Of a stretch of DNA of 64,000 bases, positions 18,222 to 28,309 are shown piece after piece. Numbering within the stretch: the stretch's first letter is position 1; every line of letters begins with the position of its first letter. Both the position numbers and the translations under genes were made by a program. The stretch comes from Nitrospirota bacterium (GTDB taxonomy: Bacteria > Nitrospirota > Thermodesulfovibrionia > Thermodesulfovibrionales > Dissulfurispiraceae), in assembly GCA_040758355.1 (NCBI GenBank), contig JBFLWF010000001.1, positions 128,001-192,000 on the forward strand. Direction: 5' to 3'. The notes under the pieces were generated by a model that was given only the letters and a program-made list of their open reading frames with translations, ran no database searches and was not told the origin of the DNA.

Positions 18222-21183
18222 TGGGCTGTATCGGCAACTTTATCACAAATGTCGTTCCCTCTCCCTTTTTGCTTTTTACAGTGATTGTGCCGTTGTGCTC
18301 CCTGATTATACCATAGCAGATGCTCAGGCCTAATCCAGTGCCCTTTCCAAAAGGCTTTGTTGTAAAGAAGGGGTCGAATATTTTGTCCATCACAGATTCC
18401 TCTATTCCAACGCCTGTGTCATGGAAAATAATCTCGATGAAATTGCCAGTCCTTTCCATTTTAATATCGAGCCTTCCCCCTTCGGGCATGGCATCGAGGG
18501 CATTGAGCATCAGGTTTAGAAAGACCTGCTGTATCTGGTCAGGATTGAATAGTAATCTGGGAATATCTCCTATTTCTGTATCGAGATGTATATCTTTAAA
18601 CCTCTTGTCGTATTTCACCAGATTAATTGTACGATCAAGTATCTCGGGGATGCTCGAAACCGTTTTTTCCACGGATGATATCCGTGCAAAGTCTCCGAGG
18701 CTGCGGACTATCCTTGCAATGCGCTCTATATGGCTGTTTATAGTCTTCAGGGAGTCCTCCGTAAATTCTGTATCGTCATTCGATTCCGGCTTCAGCACCC
18801 TGAGTTCCTGCACGAGGGAGGATATTGATGCAAGTGGATTGCCGATCTCGTGTGATATTCCAGCAGTCAATTTGCCGATACTGGCTAACTTTGATGCCTG
18901 AAACAACTGCTCCTCCATTTTTTTCTTTTCTGTTATATCTTCGAGGATGACCACATATCCGCCTGCAAGATACCCGGATGGGTCCTTAAACGGGCTGATA
19001 TTTATCTTAAACGTCTGATGCGTTGGCGTCTGGAAGGTGATCTCGTTTTGTTCATTCTGCAGGAGTGCATCGCCAGGAATCCACGGCAATAAAAGTATTA
19101 TCGAGCTGTTAAATGCCTCTGATTTTTTAATCCCTGTAATTGTCTCCATTTCTTTGTTCCAGTATTTGACCCTCAAGAGAGAGTCAACCGTGGTAATGCC
19201 CACAGGCGCGCTCTCTATGATATTCTCGCTGAACTCTTTTAGATAGGACAGTTCCCTGTTGGCGTCTGCCAGCTCCTGACGGGAGAGCCTGAGGCTTTCA
19301 GTAATATGCTTTATCGACTCCGAAAGCTCTCCCCTTTCCTTTTCTGTCAGAACGAGTTTGTTTTCGAATATAATTGCTGCTATAGATGAGCCTATTGCCC
19401 CTGATAGTATCTTTTCAGCCTCGTTTCTCAACTCGAAGAGTTCCTTTGATGTGAGCTCGTCCTGTTTCTTCTTCTTTTTTAACAGGAAGGAATGTATCGC
19501 CTCCCTTGCCTCCGGCCTGCCCAGATACTGGGCAAGGATATCCTCTATGTCATTAACAGTGTAGGAACTGCCGTGGGCGAGCTCCCTTGCCTTTTCATAA
19601 GACTCCACGAATATAAGGGACTGTATCTCTTCATCCTTTGACTGCTTCGTAAATACAGATACACCGATATAAAACATCAAATTAAAGAACATGCTCCAGA
19701 ACAGGGAGTTGCCCCACTTGCCGAGACCTTTTATTCCGAAGAGGCTTGCAGGATTGAGCATTTCAGAGCCGGTCATAAGTCCGATGAGCCCGATATCCTT
19801 TACAATGCCTGCCTTGATGAGTGCGGGCATTATAAGGGTGTAGAACCATACAGTAAAGCCTGCAATAAGGCCTGCGATTGCCCCCATCTTTGTCCCCCTC
19901 TTCCAGTAAAGACCCAAAAGAAATGCGGGCGCAAAGAGTGTCACTGCCTCGAAGGACTTAAGCCCCATATCCACGAGGCTGTAAAATTCTCCGATTGATG
20001 TGGCAAAGAAATAGCCGAGGAAGACGACGCCGAGGATTACAAGCCTCTTTATATTCAAAACTATGGCAGGAAATTTTGGTGCATCGTGGAAATTTATGAG
20101 TGTGGGCATAATTATACTGTTCATGACCATTGTGCTCAGTGCCAATGCCTCCACAATTACCATGCCTGTTGCAGCAGAAAAACCGCCTATAAAGGCGAGG
20201 AGTGAGAGGTATTGTTTTCCGTAACTCAGGGGCAGGGTAAGGACGAAATAATCCGCATCTTTGCCTGCACCTCCGAGAAGAAGCCCTCCGAAGGCTATGG
20301 GCAGTACGAATATGTTTATCAGGAAAAGATACAGCGGGAAGAGCCATGCAGCCTTTGTTATGTGTGCCTCGTCATAATTCTCCACGACAGCCATCTGGAA
20401 CTGTCTGGGCAGAAACATTATGGCCATCATTGAGAGGAAGAGGAGGGCAAACCACTCGAAATAGGCTGTTTCTGTGCCTGTTCCGAGAAAGAGCAGAACA
20501 GAATGCTCGGAATCCTTGATCCTGTCGAATATGTCGCTAAACCCTTCAAACAGCCCGTAAGTGACGAAGATGCCTACAAGGACAAAGGCTATAAGTTTTA
20601 CTATGGACTCAAAGGCGATGGCAAAGACAAGGCCGCCGTGCCTTTCTGATGAATCGAGGCGTCTGGCGCCGAACATAATGGCGAATATGCCGAGTATCAT
20701 CGTAATGAAGAGCCCTGCAGCAGCACTGCCTTTCACCTCTCCGGATATAATAGTGAATGTGCTTATGATTGCCTTTATCTGCAATCCGAGATATGGAGCG
20801 ATTCCCACCACAGCAACTATTGTTACAAGGGTTGAAAGTGAGAGGGACTTGCCGTATCTCGAACCCATGAAATCGGATATGGTTGTGATCCTGTTTGCCT
20901 TTGCTATCCTTACAACCTTTTTCAGGACAACGAGCCATACGGCAGCCATGAGTGTGGGGCCTAAATATGTGGTGAGGAATGAAAGGCCCGAAGTGGCCGC
21001 CTTTCCGACGCTTCCGTAGAATGTCCATGAGGTGCAGTAAACTGCGAGGGACAGGGAATAGATGTAAGGGTTATTGACTATGCTTTTCCCTGCCTTCTCC
21101 TTTTTCTCTGCATAATATGCAACTGCAAAGAGGAGCAGGAGGTAACACAGGACTATGAAGAAAAGATTATATGATGCAAACAT
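18214..21183 (-). CDS. Solute-symporter-fused sensor histidine kinase (CrbS/CbrA-like: SLC5-STAC-PAS-HisKA-HATPase)
   Basis: YSLSLAVYCTSWTFYGSVG, LPRQF, a STAC-like segment (AEKILSGAIGSSIA), PAS, HEIGNPL H-box, PFFTTK and GTGLGL. Confidence 0.9.
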   Translation of the reverse strand: MFASYNLFFIVLCYLLLLFAVAYYAEKKEKAGKSIVNNPYIYSLSLAVYCTSWTFYGSVGKAATSGLSFLTTYLGPTLMAAVWLVVLKKVVRIAKANRITTISDFMGSRYGKSLSLSTLVTIVAVVGIAPYLGLQIKAIISTFTIISGEVKGSAAAGLFITMILGIFAIMFGARRLDSSERHGGLVFAIAFESIVKLIAFVLVGIFVTYGLFEGFSDIFDRIKDSEHSVLLFLGTGTETAYFEWFALLFLSMMAIMFLPRQFQMAVVENYDEAHITKAAWLFPLYLFLINIFVLPIAFGGLLLGGAGKDADYFVLTLPLSYGKQYLSLLAFIGGFSAATGMVIVEALALSTMVMNSIIMPTLINFHDAPKFPAIVLNIKRLVILGVVFLGYFFATSIGEFYSLVDMGLKSFEAVTLFAPAFLLGLYWKRGTKMGAIAGLIAGFTVWFYTLIMPALIKAGIVKDIGLIGLMTGSEMLNPASLFGIKGLGKWGNSLFWSMFFNLMFYIGVSVFTKQSKDEEIQSLIFVESYEKARELAHGSSYTVNDIEDILAQYLGRPEAREAIHSFLLKKKKKQDELTSKELFELRNEAEKILSGAIGSSIAAIIFENKLVLTEKERGELSESIKHITESLRLSRQELADANRELSYLKEFSENIIESAPVGITTVDSLLRVKYWNKEMETITGIKKSEAFNSSIILLLPWIPGDALLQNEQNEITFQTPTHQTFKINISPFKDPSGYLAGGYVVILEDITEKKKMEEQLFQASKLASIGKLTAGISHEIGNPLASISSLVQELRVLKPESNDDTEFTEDSLKTINSHIERIARIVRSLGDFARISSVEKTVSSIPEILDRTINLVKYDKRFKDIHLDTEIGDIPRLLFNPDQIQQVFLNLMLNALDAMPEGGRLDIKMERTGNFIEIIFHDTGVGIEESVMDKIFDPFFTTKPFGKGTGLGLSICYGIIREHNGTITVKSKKGEGTTFVIKLPIQPNV

Positions 21184-21227
21184 ATCTGTTTTTCAGGCTA
21201 AAGGCAAACGGTAAATGAGTATAAACT

Positions 21228-21413
21228 CTAAACTCTAAGCTTAGCTTTTTTGTCTTCAGTTCTGTAGACTGCAAATGCTATAAGGATTATAAAAATGAGC
21301 CAGAAGGCGAATAGGTATTCGGCCACATCGGTGTGGAATATCTCCAGCAATGGCCAGTTAAGGCCAAGGAGACCGAGGATGAATATGAATATCCAGACTT
21401 CTGTATTTTTCAT
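21228..21413 (-). CDS. Small two-TM protein upstream of the sensor kinase
   Basis: 61-aa hydrophobic ORF with an LNWPLL motif; starts immediately after the gyrA stop. Confidence 0.6.
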   Translation of the reverse strand: MKNTEVWIFIFILGLLGLNWPLLEIFHTDVAEYLFAFWLIFIILIAFAVYRTEDKKAKLRV

Positions 21414-23837
21414 TTACTCCTTTATTTCTTCCTCTACCACCCTGCCGATGCTTACGATTCTATCATCTGCCTCCAAGTCCATGAGCTTCACACCCTGGGT
21501 ATTCCTGCCCTGAACAGAGATGCTGTCGGCTTTTGTCCTTATTAATTTTCCCGAATTTGTTATCAGGACAATCTCGTCTTCATCCTTTACCTGAAGGAGG
21601 CCGACTGCATTGCCTCCCCTCTCTGTGAGTTTTATGGATATGACTCCTTTTCCGCCTCTGCCGTGAACAGGATACTCTTCTGGTTTTGTCCGTTTTCCAA
21701 GGCCTTTCTCTGTGACTGTCAACAGGCTTGTTCTTTCTCCTACCACATCGGCTGATACAACCTCATCTCCCTCGGAGAGCCTTATTCCTATAACACCCCT
21801 TGCTGTTCTTCCCACATCCCTGACATCGTCTTCCTTAAACCTTGCAGCAAGCCCGCTCCTTGTGCCTATGATTAAATCATTTTTTCCGGTTGTCCTCTTA
21901 ACAGCAATAAGCTCATCTCCCTCATCGAGGCTGACCGCTATTATTCCCTTGCTCCTCGGATTGCTGTATTCCTCGAGTGCTGTTTTCTTAACGATGCCTT
22001 TTTTTGTGAACATCACGAGGAATCCTTCCTTGAAGTCCTTAACATTTAAGGCTATTGTTATCCTCTCTCCCTCTGTCAGTGGTAATAGATTAACAAGGGC
22101 CTTGCCTTTTGCTGTCCTTCCTGCCTCGGGTATTTCATATATTTTTTTCCAGTATAGCCTTCCTAAATTGCTGAAAAAAAGCATGTAGTCATGAGTGGAG
22201 CCTATAAAGAGCTGCTCCACATAATCCTCTTCCCTTGTCTCCATACCGGTTAGTCCCTTTCCACCACGACGCTGGCTCCTGTAAATAGAAAGCGGATTCC
22301 TCTTTATATAGCCGTTGTGCGAAAGGGTGATGACCATATCCTCTTCTGTGATGAGGTCTTCAATGGTCAGCTCTGCAGTCTCTGCTACAATCTCTGTCTT
22401 TCTTTCGTCTCCGTATTTATTCTTAATCTCTACAAGTTCATCTTTTATAATCTTCGAAACGAGTTTCTCGCTTCCTAAAATCTCCTTTAATCTCTCTATC
22501 TCCTTCAGTGTATCCTCATAATCCTTTACAATCTTATCCCTCTCAAGGCCGGTCAGTCTCTGGAGTTTCATATCCAGTATTGCCTGTGCCTGGACCTCTG
22601 TCAATGGATATTTTGTCATCAATCCGTTTCTTGCCTCTTCCGGGTTCTTTGAATTCCTTATGAGGGTTATGATCGCATCGAGATGGTCGAGGGCAATCTT
22701 CAGCCCCTCAAGGATGTGAGCCCTTTCTTCAGCCTTTCTTAATTCAAACCTTGTCCTGCGTAATATGACATCCCTTCTGTGGTGTAAGAAGTGTCCGAGC
22801 ATCCGTTTGAGATTGAGTATGTGCGGCTGTCCATTAACAAGGGCCAACATGATGATTCCGAAGGTGGACTCCATCTGCGTGTGTTTATAGAGGTTATTCA
22901 GAATTACCTGCGGAACCTCGGCGCGCTTTAATTCAAGGACTATCCTTATTCCGTCCCTGTCTGATTCATCCCTGATGTCGGATATTCCTTCTATGCGCTT
23001 TTCACGGACAAGCTCTGCTATTTTTTCTATAAGCCGTGCCTTATTTACCTGATATGGAAGCTCGGAGATTATTATGCTGTCTCCGCCTTTTGCTTCCCTC
23101 TCAATCCTTGCCTTTGCCCTGACCTTTATTAATCCCCTGCCGTGAGTGTAGGCTTCAACTATTCCTCCTGTCCCGTAAATCATTGCGCCTGTAGGAAAGT
23201 CCGGGCCTTTGATTACAGCCATCAAGTCATTGATTGTAGCATCAGGATTCTTAAGGAGCATTATCAGTCCATCCACAACCTCTCCAAGATTATGGGGAGG
23301 TATGTTTGTGGCCATTCCAACAGCTATTCCGGCAGAGCCGTTTATGAGGAGGTTCGGAATCCTTGTTGGCAGGACAACAGGCTCCTCTGTTGTCTCATCG
23401 AAATTAGGGGTGAAATCTACTGTTTCTTTGTCTATATCAGCCAGCAGCTCTTCTGCTATCTTTGCGAGCCTTGCCTCTGTGTATCTGTATGCAGCAGCAG
23501 GATCGCCGTCAATCGAGCCGAAATTCCCCTGTCCATCTACAAGCGGGTATCTCATATTAAAGTCCTGTGCGAGCCTTACAAGTGCATCATAAACTGCTGT
23601 ATCGCCGTGTGGATGGTATTTTTTAAGGACTTCACCAACAACACCTGCGCATTTCGAATACTTCTTGCCCGGAAGAAGCCCCTCCCTGAACATGGCATAG
23701 AGTATCCTCCTCTGCACAGGCTTGAGCCCGTCCCTTATCTCAGGCAAGGCCCTTCCTATGATTACGCTCATGGCGTAATCGAGGTAGCTGGACTTCATCT
23801 CTTCTTCTATGCTGATGAATGTATTCTGTGGTGTCAT
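21414..23837 (-). CDS. gyrA: DNA gyrase subunit A
   Basis: [14 protein letters not shown], catalytic RYTE and GyrA box QRRGGKG. Confidence 0.97.
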   Translation of the reverse strand: MTPQNTFISIEEEMKSSYLDYAMSVIIGRALPEIRDGLKPVQRRILYAMFREGLLPGKKYSKCAGVVGEVLKKYHPHGDTAVYDALVRLAQDFNMRYPLVDGQGNFGSIDGDPAAAYRYTEARLAKIAEELLADIDKETVDFTPNFDETTEEPVVLPTRIPNLLINGSAGIAVGMATNIPPHNLGEVVDGLIMLLKNPDATINDLMAVIKGPDFPTGAMIYGTGGIVEAYTHGRGLIKVRAKARIEREAKGGDSIIISELPYQVNKARLIEKIAELVREKRIEGISDIRDESDRDGIRIVLELKRAEVPQVILNNLYKHTQMESTFGIIMLALVNGQPHILNLKRMLGHFLHHRRDVILRRTRFELRKAEERAHILEGLKIALDHLDAIITLIRNSKNPEEARNGLMTKYPLTEVQAQAILDMKLQRLTGLERDKIVKDYEDTLKEIERLKEILGSEKLVSKIIKDELVEIKNKYGDERKTEIVAETAELTIEDLITEEDMVITLSHNGYIKRNPLSIYRSQRRGGKGLTGMETREEDYVEQLFIGSTHDYMLFFSNLGRLYWKKIYEIPEAGRTAKGKALVNLLPLTEGERITIALNVKDFKEGFLVMFTKKGIVKKTALEEYSNPRSKGIIAVSLDEGDELIAVKRTTGKNDLIIGTRSGLAARFKEDDVRDVGRTARGVIGIRLSEGDEVVSADVVGERTSLLTVTEKGLGKRTKPEEYPVHGRGGKGVISIKLTERGGNAVGLLQVKDEDEIVLITNSGKLIRTKADSISVQGRNTQGVKLMDLEADDRIVSIGRVVEEEIKE

Positions 23838-23875
23838 AATGGATATTCCTCTCTTTTGGTAGCTTTTATAAGTCT

Positions 23876-24086
23876 CCTAAATTAAGTGATTCTAATCTAA
23901 AAATATATGTCAGGTGCTGCGAAAAGACTTTAAACCACGCACTTGTAAAAACATTTATCCTGTATCCGCCATCTACTACATTGAATACTTGATGGATTAT
24001 GCATTTATTATCTTTCATATACATTCGAATCAACACTTTTTAAAGTCTTTGAGCAGTGCCTGACATATAAAATCGCTCAGCTTATA
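23876..24086. repeat. ~210-bp TIR element, copy 2
   Basis: CCTAAATTAAGTGATT ... AATCGCTCAGCTTA. Inner stem TATATGTCAGGTGCTGC / GCAGTGCCTGACATATA. Confidence 0.85.
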
Positions 24087-24093
24087 AAGTCTA

Positions 24094-26016
24094 TTATTTT
24101 AACATACTTTTCAGTCTCTTTATCTCCTCTTTTGTAAATCTTCTGTCTTTGTAATAATGTCTCTCGAACTCCTCCACAAACCTGTATGCCGACTGTTTCA
24201 ACTCCTCTTCCCTTATGCCTGCAACAAACTCCTCAAGCCCCTCAGATTTTCCCTTCTTGTAGCCATGTCTTTCCATCTTCTTCAGAAAAAGGGCGATCAG
24301 CCTTTCTTCCTCTGTTTTCCTGCCGGAAATGAGGACATAGAGCATGAATACAGATAGAGACAAAACAGCCGGGATAACAAGATACTTTATGAGTTTTTCT
24401 TTATTTATGGATAGTTTGATTTCGGGCTTTCTTATGCCGGACTGTATTTTATGGAACAGGGATAACTGCTTTTCAAAGTCATAGCTTATTACAAAGGCGT
24501 TCCAGTAATAATTGATTGTGTCCAGAACGAGCCTTATCTTAAACAGGATATCCCTTTTATGGGGAGGTACAAAGCCTTCAATGGATGCCGGAGTAGGGTC
24601 TAATCTTATCCATCCTTTATCTGTATATGCCTCAACCCATACATGGGCGTTTTTCTGTGGGACAAGATAATACTTCCCGATGTCATTGTAGTATCCTCCC
24701 CTGTAACCACCAACAAGCCTTGCAGGCACGCCAGAAATCCTCAACATAACTGCCATTGCCGATGCAAAGTACTCGCAGTTGCCGTGCTTGTATTTAAAAA
24801 GAAAGTCATCGAGAGGGGTCTTTGATACTGGAAGATTTTGGAGGGAGTACTTATAATTGCCGTCCTTTAAAAATGATAGAATGGATTTTACGGCCTCTTT
24901 CTGTTCAGTTATTTCTCTCACTAACTTTATAACTTCAGGGGATATATTTTCGGGCAGTTGCAGGTACCTTTCCTTATCTATATCTACTTCGGAGATTGCG
25001 TCAGACAATATGGACACAGCATCGTATCTTATCCTTTTATCAACCTCTTTAGGTAAAGAGAATGTTAAATCACCATATTTTTTTATATCCTTTAGCGTTA
25101 TTAAATACGGCTTATCGAGGGCAAAGATATACCTGTGTTCATAAGGCTCAAGATATATTGTCTGCCTTACTTTTTCGCCCTTCAAGATGTTCGTAGGGGA
25201 GATTTCATCTTCCCTGCGAACCCCCTCTGTACTCTTCCATGATGTGCCGTCAAAATAGTCAAGGACAATGCCGCGCCAATAAAGATGCCTTTCATCGATC
25301 TTTTCCATATGCGCCCTGAATATGGCGGTTGCATCTTCCTGAATTCCAGATACCGAACCAAGCCTCACATTATCCGTGAATCCTGTCTTTGCCTTCTCTG
25401 CCCTGTTCAGGAAATTAAAGAACGGATAGCTTGTCCTCGGGAGCATTACGAAGAGAAACAGGGTCATGGGCATGGATATTAAGGGTATGAGCAGGGATTT
25501 CAATGCAATTTTTATGATCGTGCTTTTTGGCAGCTCTAAATCAGGTTCCTGTGAGTAGTATGTGAGGAGGACTATAGATAAGCTCATCATGAAAATCATG
25601 ATTAAGAAATAAATGGAGAATTCTATGTCTATTGTGAGCAGGGCAGAGCCCGAAAGCAGAAACAGGGATATGAGATATATCTGCATATAGTCCCTGAATT
25701 TTTTTTCTTCCAGAAATTTTATTGAAAGGAGTATTAGCAGTCCCTCTACTGCCGGGACAACGAGGTTGTCGAGACTTAATCTGAAGAGTGATAGCAATAT
25801 TACTGCCAGCGCCGTTAAGTTTAAAAACCACCTCGGCATATGGAAGCTCTTTTTGTAGTCAAAATAAACGGCTAAAAGACACAGGACTATGAATGCTGCG
25901 GAATAGATGAAGCTTATGTGTTTAAAGACAGATAGAAATCCTATAAGTCCGATAATGTACGTTATTATCTTTACGATATATTCAATTTTTACCCAAACTG
26001 AGCGATTCTTAGCCAT
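24094..26016 (-). CDS. Membrane transglutaminase-like protein (TgpA/DUF3488 type)
   Basis: N-terminal TM region and catalytic motifs GNCEYFASA, HVWVE and DPTP. Confidence 0.9.
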   Translation of the reverse strand: MAKNRSVWVKIEYIVKIITYIIGLIGFLSVFKHISFIYSAAFIVLCLLAVYFDYKKSFHMPRWFLNLTALAVILLSLFRLSLDNLVVPAVEGLLILLSIKFLEEKKFRDYMQIYLISLFLLSGSALLTIDIEFSIYFLIMIFMMSLSIVLLTYYSQEPDLELPKSTIIKIALKSLLIPLISMPMTLFLFVMLPRTSYPFFNFLNRAEKAKTGFTDNVRLGSVSGIQEDATAIFRAHMEKIDERHLYWRGIVLDYFDGTSWKSTEGVRREDEISPTNILKGEKVRQTIYLEPYEHRYIFALDKPYLITLKDIKKYGDLTFSLPKEVDKRIRYDAVSILSDAISEVDIDKERYLQLPENISPEVIKLVREITEQKEAVKSILSFLKDGNYKYSLQNLPVSKTPLDDFLFKYKHGNCEYFASAMAVMLRISGVPARLVGGYRGGYYNDIGKYYLVPQKNAHVWVEAYTDKGWIRLDPTPASIEGFVPPHKRDILFKIRLVLDTINYYWNAFVISYDFEKQLSLFHKIQSGIRKPEIKLSINKEKLIKYLVIPAVLSLSVFMLYVLISGRKTEEERLIALFLKKMERHGYKKGKSEGLEEFVAGIREEELKQSAYRFVEEFERHYYKDRRFTKEEIKRLKSMLK

Positions 26017-26201
26017 AAATATATGTCAGGTGCGGCGAAAAGACTTTAAACTCCGCACTTGTAAATACATTTATCTTGTATCCGTCATCTACTACATTGG
26101 ATACTTGTTGGGTGATGCACTTATAATCTTTTATATACACTTGAACCAACACTTTTTAAAGGCTTTGAGCCGTACCTGACATATAAATCGCTCAACTTAG
26201 A
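25992..26201. repeat. ~210-bp TIR element, copy 3
   Basis: CCCAAACTGAGCGATT ... AATCGCTCAACTTAG. It overlaps the DUF58 stop codon and the transglutaminase start codon. Confidence 0.85.
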
Positions 26202-27177
26202 TTTCAGCACCATACAACGCCAGTTCCTTTAAAATAGATATCTTATGGGCATTTGAAACATCAGGCCTGTAGAATTTATCTCCCATCTTCAATCCCACAG
26301 GTATGTTCTTTTTCAATAATTGCAGAATTGTATATGTGATGCATGAAATCTTTTCTTCAATGCTTCTTATGGTGCTCTTTTCAAAATCTATCACAATGGG
26401 CTGAAATGCGAGGGATGAAAGCTCCTTTGTCTTGAGTTCTCCTGTTTTTGCAGTCGCCTTCCAGTTGATATATTTGAAAGGGTCTCCATGAATATACTCC
26501 CTGATTGATAGTATCTCTGATTCGAAACCTGCCTTATCCAGATGCCTCTCTCCCTTTGATATCCTTTCCTTTTCAAAACTGCTCAGGAGTTCGCACCTTT
26601 TTGGTTCAGGGAAGACAATGAATTCAAAAGGCTTGTTAAGCCTCCTGCATCTTATGAAAAAATTGAAGGGGAATACAGAGCATATGTGGACATTTTTTAT
26701 TTCATGTTTTCCCCTCTCTTTAAAGGAGATGTTCATATATTTAACAGAGTCCCTTTTTTTATCTATGAAGGGGAAAAGGGTTTCGTATTGATCTATTTTT
26801 ACCCTCATCAGAAACACAGGAAGAAAACCGCGATTGTTTTTCAGTTTTATTTTTAATGGGAATTCCTTATTTGCATAAATCTCCTGCGGATAGTTCACTT
26901 CTATATCGATCTTTGACAGGTTTCTCTTTCCGAAAAATCCTGAGATGCCCATGAAACTGAGGAGTGCAGAGACTATGAGGTAAATGAGGTTGTTCCCTGT
27001 GTTTACTGCTGAAAAGCCCAGAAATAGGGTCAATGCTATGTAGATATAGCCGGCCTTCGTGATTTTAATTACGCCGGGACTGTTTCGTAAGGGGGACTTT
27101 GTCCCCCTTACGGGATCCCCCTTTTTAATAAATTGCAAAAATCTCAAATCAACCATTCCTAAATTGAGCGATTCCAA
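26197..27177 (-). CDS. DUF58-domain protein (true start uncertain; N-terminal ~35 aa look repeat-derived)
   Basis: AVNTGNNLIYL, FPFNFF and REYIHGD..KYINWKATAK; lies between moxR and the transglutaminase gene. Confidence 0.88.
   Translation of the reverse strand: MESLNLGMVDLRFLQFIKKGDPVRGTKSPLRNSPGVIKITKAGYIYIALTLFLGFSAVNTGNNLIYLIVSALLSFMGISGFFGKRNLSKIDIEVNYPQEIYANKEFPLKIKLKNNRGFLPVFLMRVKIDQYETLFPFIDKKRDSVKYMNISFKERGKHEIKNVHICSVFPFNFFIRCRRLNKPFEFIVFPEPKRCELLSSFEKERISKGERHLDKAGFESEILSIREYIHGDPFKYINWKATAKTGELKTKELSSLAFQPIVIDFEKSTIRSIEEKISCITYTILQLLKKNIPVGLKMGDKFYRPDVSNAHKISILKELALYGAEI
27086..27112. repeat. REP-like palindrome within the DUF58 5' region
   Basis: CGTAAGGGGGAC-TTT-GTCCCCCTTACG, a perfect 12-bp stem. 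Confidence 0.75.
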
Positions 27178-27371
27178 TCTAAAAATATATGTCAGGTGCT
27201 GCGAAAAGACTTTAAACCACGCACTTGTTAAAACTTTTATCTTGTATCCGTCATCTACTACATTGGATACTTGATGGATGATGCATTTATTATCTTTACA
27301 TATACACTTGAACCAACACTTTTTAAAGTCTTTGAGCAGTGCCTGACATATATAAAATCACTTAACTTAGG
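27158..27371. repeat. ~210-bp TIR element, copy 4
   Basis: CCTAAATTGAGCGATT ... AATCACTTAACTTAGG, with the same core as the other copies. Confidence 0.85.
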
Positions 27372-27374
27372 TTT

Positions 27375-28307
27375 CTATGCTGGAACAGGTATCTCTTCTA
27401 TCAATGCCCTTATAATCTCCTTCTTGTTCAGGTTTTCGTACTCTTCCTTGAACATGACCCTGTGAGGTATCGTGTATTCAGCAAGCTCCTTTATGTCTTC
27501 GGGTATTACGAAGTCCCTTCCGTGAAAATAGGCATTCGTCTTTGCAGTGTACGTCAGCGCCAATGCACCTCTTGTGGATAGCCCTGCATTGAGATACTTG
27601 CTGCTCCTTGTTGCCTCGATTATTTTCAGGGCGTAATCCAGTATCCTGTCGGAGATGTATGTATTGCCCCTTATGTCTCCCTGTATCTGCAAGGCCTCAT
27701 CTCTATTCATTATGGGTTCGATGGAATACAGTTCTTCCCTTTTGCTTCCTCCACGCAATATCTCCCTTTCCGAATCGCTTGAAGGATACCCGATGCTTAT
27801 CTTCATTATGAACCTGTCGAGCTGAGATTCAGGCAAAGGGAATGTCCCGAAATGTTCCACAGGATTCTGTGTTGCTATGACAAAAAATGGCTTCGGGAGC
27901 TTGTAAGTCCTCCCCTCTATGGTGACCTGCTCCTCTCCCATTGCTTCGAGCAGTGCGCTCTGGGTCTTTGGCGTAGCCCTGTTTATCTCGTCAACAAGGA
28001 CGATGTTATTGAAAACCGGGCCTGGATGGAACTCAAACTCTCCAGTGGTTTTGCTGTATATAGATAAGCCTGTGATGTCTGTTGGCAGCAAATCGCTTGT
28101 GCATTGAATCCTGCCGAAGCTAAGTCCGAGTGCTTTTGCAATACCGATGGCAAGTGTTGTCTTTCCAAGCCCGGGCAGATCTTCTATCAGGAGATGTCCT
28201 TTTGAGAAAAAGGCTGCGAGGGAGAGCTTCAATGCCCTCGTCTTTCCCTGAAGGTATTTCGATAAAGACTCAATTATGTAATCGATCCTGTCGCTTCTGA
28301 TTTCCAT
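27375..28307 (-). CDS. moxR: MoxR-family AAA+ ATPase
   Basis: EDLPGLGKT, RIQCTSDLLPTD, DEINRATPKTQSALLE and GTFPLPESQLDRF. Confidence 0.93.
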   Translation of the reverse strand: MEIRSDRIDYIIESLSKYLQGKTRALKLSLAAFFSKGHLLIEDLPGLGKTTLAIGIAKALGLSFGRIQCTSDLLPTDITGLSIYSKTTGEFEFHPGPVFNNIVLVDEINRATPKTQSALLEAMGEEQVTIEGRTYKLPKPFFVIATQNPVEHFGTFPLPESQLDRFIMKISIGYPSSDSEREILRGGSKREELYSIEPIMNRDEALQIQGDIRGNTYISDRILDYALKIIEATRSSKYLNAGLSTRGALALTYTAKTNAYFHGRDFVIPEDIKELAEYTIPHRVMFKEEYENLNKKEIIRALIEEIPVPA

Positions 28308-28309
28308 AT

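Noticed and set aside
21414..23837. parC, or an anomalous orphan gyrase gene
   Set aside because: The GyrA box is present, and separation of gyrA from gyrB is common.
23142..23885. 247-aa + strand ORF and other long antisense ORFs in the track
   Set aside because: These are shadows of strongly supported opposite-strand genes, with no recognisable motifs.
23876..27371. Repeated elements as integron attC sites or a CRISPR array
   Set aside because: The RYYYAAC/GTTRRRY cores are not consistent across copies, no integrase or cas genes are present, and the intervening DNA is an ordinary conserved operon.
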